64,000 nt of DNA from a virus, in the IMG/VR virus record IMGVR_UViG_3300042907_000878, positions 1-64,000 of that record, one strand, 5' to 3'. The notes beneath the pieces were generated by a model. That model was given only the letters and a program-made list of their open reading frames with translations, had not been told where the DNA came from and did no database searches. This document shows positions 61,514-64,000 of the stretch, one piece after another; positions within the stretch are counted from its first letter, which is position 1, and every line of letters starts with the position of its first letter. The position numbers and the translations under genes are program-made.

Positions 61514-61980
61514 GAACAATTTTCTCCACAAAGATTTATTCTACGATAAATCAAGTTTTCATTTTCTGGCGTAATCTCTCTGATTTCTTCAGATGTTCCA
61601 AACGCGCACTCAGGCCAATAAAATCTACGGACATGAATTAATCCGTCATCTTCTATTTTTCCAAATGTTATAAAAGAATAAATGGTTTCGCCTAAATCAC
61701 TTACATCTTTTGCAGTTCCGCGAACGATTAGAAGACCGTCTAGTCCAAGATCATTTCTAAACACTTGAACTTCTGGTTGTCCCGGAACAATAACTTTCAC
61801 TTCAACAATATCTTTTGTGTTATTATTGCAGTATTGCCTAGCCCTTGTCCAAGGGTCTTTTTTATCTGGAACGTCGAAATCTGACCAAATTTCAGTTCCA
61901 TCATTTAAAATAAGTTTCCATAGGACTTGTTGTTGCATTAACAGTCCTGTAATGTGAGCGTTATATCCTGTACAAATCAT
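61489..61980 (-). CDS. Hypothetical protein
   Basis: 163-aa ORF, TAATG coupling. Confidence 0.6.
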   Translation of the reverse strand: MICTGYNAHITGLLMQQQVLWKLILNDGTEIWSDFDVPDKKDPWTRARQYCNNNTKDIVEVKVIVPGQPEVQVFRNDLGLDGLLIVRGTAKDVSDLGETIYSFITFGKIEDDGLIHVRRFYWPECAFGTSEEIREITPENENLIYRRINLCGENCSCQKDEQI

Positions 61981-62246
61981 TAGTCTTCCTTGATTTTATG
62001 AATGCAAGAGGTGACTCTAGATGGTAATACAATGCCATTCGCTCGCCTTTGTTGCGCCGATTCATCAGCCCTCATAGATGCTTGCTCTGTCATTGCTACA
62101 AATCCACGATCTTTTTTACGAGCGAACATAGTGTGCGTATTTGGCAAAGGTGGTGGATCAACTGGGCCATCGGTTTTAACTTCTTCTGGTTTTATCTTAT
62201 TGATATCTGTAGGCTTAGCATTAAGGTCTACTTTTTTCTTTGCCAT
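61980..62246 (-). CDS. Hypothetical protein
   Basis: 88 aa; RBS AAGGA. Confidence 0.6.
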   Translation of the reverse strand: MAKKKVDLNAKPTDINKIKPEEVKTDGPVDPPPLPNTHTMFARKKDRGFVAMTEQASMRADESAQQRRANGIVLPSRVTSCIHKIKED

Positions 62247-62248
62247 TA

Positions 62249-62611
62249 TTAATATCCTTTCCTAATAAATTCTCTTTTAGCTTCAAGTAAAAATGTTTCG
62301 CGTCTAGTCTTTAGATAATCGTTATATTTATTAAAAATATATTCATCTACTTTTTTATATCTTGTATCTTGTGCATTTGCTTTTAAAGCATCTACCCCAT
62401 ATGGATCAAAAAGCTGGCCTCTACGATGCTTTATATAATAATAAAGACTTGTTTTTTCATCATTGTTTTCTTTGGCAAACTGAACTACTTTGGCAACACC
62501 GTCTCGTTCTTCACAGTCTTTGCCCGTTTTATCCTTAAAATATATAGAATCCTTTTCTTGAGATATTCCAATTTCGTTTAATTCTTCGGGACTTGAATTT
62601 TTAGCAACCAT
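62249..62611 (-). CDS. Hypothetical protein
   Basis: 120 aa, in operon. Confidence 0.6.
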   Translation of the reverse strand: MVAKNSSPEELNEIGISQEKDSIYFKDKTGKDCEERDGVAKVVQFAKENNDEKTSLYYYIKHRRGQLFDPYGVDALKANAQDTRYKKVDEYIFNKYNDYLKTRRETFLLEAKREFIRKGY

Positions 62612-62841
62612 TATTTACCTAAGCTTTCTAATTTTTCTTTTACCTTTTTTGCACAATCCCATTTGTCAAATCCAGTTACATGGAACTCTCCAGCTTGAGT
62701 CATGCTATGATCTTTAAATAGATCTGAACAATCAACTACCTCTGGGTCTAGGCTTCCATCTGGCAGCATTCTATGTATAAAAATATTAAATCTTACGATT
62801 CCAATATGTGGACCAATATTTCGTTTTGTTCGTTCAATCAT
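62611..62841 (-). CDS. Hypothetical protein
   Basis: 76 aa, coupled on both sides. Confidence 0.55.
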   Translation of the reverse strand: MIERTKRNIGPHIGIVRFNIFIHRMLPDGSLDPEVVDCSDLFKDHSMTQAGEFHVTGFDKWDCAKKVKEKLESLGK

Positions 62842-63179
62842 AATTTACCCGTTTCGATGTATTTTATTTTCTTATCAGGTGATAGACTAGCGATTTTTCG
62901 GTATTCGCTCATTTTTGCCTGATCTTGCATTTTCTTCAAAGATCCGTCCTCTTCCATTCGACGCTGAAGCTGTTCTTTGCCCATTGCCTTGGCGTTCGCC
63001 TCTGCTAATTGGCCAATGGTTTTGACTTCCTTATTCATTATATCAGGTGCGCCGTCTAAGACAACCGAAAGATTTTCGGTTTTACAAGAAGGACAAACCT
63101 TCCATAAGGATTCCTTTATACTGTGAAAGGTTTCAAAATCAGTTGGGCAATTTGAGCATTTGTAGTGATAAATTGGCAT
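62838..63179 (-). CDS. FmdB-family zinc-ribbon protein
   Basis: MPIYHYKCSNC...FE..HSI.....CPSC. Confidence 0.8.
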   Translation of the reverse strand: MPIYHYKCSNCPTDFETFHSIKESLWKVCPSCKTENLSVVLDGAPDIMNKEVKTIGQLAEANAKAMGKEQLQRRMEEDGSLKKMQDQAKMSEYRKIASLSPDKKIKYIETGKL

Positions 63180-63180
63180 A

Positions 63181-63444
63181 TTATTCCTCTAATAAATATT
63201 CGTTTGGGTCGTATTCTCTATATTCTTCACCACTCCATATTAAGAATGTTCTATAGCTTTCTCTATATGCAGTTCTTTCCTCTTCTGATAATTTAGATTC
63301 ATCTAATAGCATTTCATAAAATTGAATAAAATCTTCATTGATATATAAGGACTCTTGTTTTATATCTTGAGTTTCTGATTCATAATATACTATGGAGCCA
63401 ATTAAGGCTCCACAGATTAGTATAACAGGTATGATCTTCTTCAC
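63181..63444 (-). CDS. Small protein with N-terminal signal/TM segment
   Basis: MKKIIPVILICGALIGSIVYY. Confidence 0.6.
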   Translation of the reverse strand: MKKIIPVILICGALIGSIVYYESETQDIKQESLYINEDFIQFYEMLLDESKLSEEERTAYRESYRTFLIWSGEEYREYDPNEYLLEE

Positions 63445-64000
63445 TTTAATCTTTCTAATATTCTACCAATAATTTTATTTCTAACGATGTCGCTAGCTTC
63501 TAATTCGCATATGCCTACACCATCTAGATTTTCTAGTTTGTGGCTGACGCTTTCTAATCCTCCTCTGATACTCATTGGAAGATCCGATTGGTCTGCATCT
63601 CCATTAATCACTGCACGCGAATGTATGCCAATTCTCGTTATAAACATTTTTATTTGCTCAAATGTAGCATTTTGAGCTTCGTCAAGTATCATAAAACAAT
63701 CGTGAAAATTTCTTCCTCTCATATATTCAAGCGGACACATTTCAATAATATCACCATCTCTAAGTTTTTTAACCATATCTCTACCGAGATAAGCATTCAT
63801 CTCCTCGATGATTGGTACTAGATAAGGTTGGATTTTTTCGTCTTTATTTCCCGGTAAAAATCCTAGCCCTCTTCCCGCTTCAACTGTAGGACGTGTAATA
63901 ATTATCTTTGAAATTTTTCCATCTAAAAGCCAACTACAAGCTAAACCGACCGCAACAGATGATTTACCAGATCCTGCTGGTCCGGTACATATAGTCACAT
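63441..64000 (-). CDS. phoH: PhoH-family ATPase (5' end probably outside the window)
   Basis: GPAGSGKS, TRPTVE, GFLPG, YMRGRNF, LDEAQN, GDADQSDL. Confidence 0.95.
   Translation of the reverse strand, partial: VTICTGPAGSGKSSVAVGLACSWLLDGKISKIIITRPTVEAGRGLGFLPGNKDEKIQPYLVPIIEEMNAYLGRDMVKKLRDGDIIEMCPLEYMRGRNFHDCFMILDEAQNATFEQIKMFITRIGIHSRAVINGDADQSDLPMSIRGGLESVSHKLENLDGVGICELEASDIVRNKIIGRILERLK

Noticed and set aside
13157-61531. Extended upstream starts in the ORF track (13157, 17276, 32831, 37280, 44457, 45751, 56233, 58811, 59230, 61531) and the many 60-140 aa nested or antisense ORFs
   Set aside because: They overlap well-supported genes; downstream ATGs give the stop-start coupling typical of this genome.

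Overview
64 kb from a large, AT-rich tailed dsDNA phage (standard genetic code; no tRNA, CRISPR, integrase or host housekeeping genes seen). Two convergent blocks meet at a bidirectional terminator (~40663-40692). Plus strand (1-40553), virion morphogenesis: Thr-rich collagen-like fibres, LamG/ConA lectin-like tip proteins, neck/head-tail joining genes, tail tube, two paralogous tail chaperones, a 2972-aa tape-measure protein (TMP) and tail tip/baseplate genes. No sheath is visible, so it looks siphovirus-like. Minus strand (40697-64000), replication/recombination and accessory genes: PhoH, RecA, dUTPase, DnaB, DnaG, dNMP kinase, Cas4-like nuclease, a DnaE polymerase split into two genes around a DEDDh exonuclease, SSB, an eight-gene glycosyltransferase/nucleotidyltransferase cluster, an endonuclease and a Rad52/Sak-like annealing protein. 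Best candidates for undescribed biology: (1) a TMP built like a polyprotein, with four copies of an [FY]AxGG...DTVPAMLTPGE[FY]V...[FY]AxGG module bracketing two cargo segments, one with a PD-(D/E)XK nuclease signature; (2) a possible virion-glycosylation system (glyco cluster plus proline-free G-X-T collagen fibres); (3) the intein-less split DnaE; (4) near-complete CCWGG avoidance; (5) a ~100-nt structured intergenic RNA candidate. All calls come from reading motifs by eye; no database searches were run.
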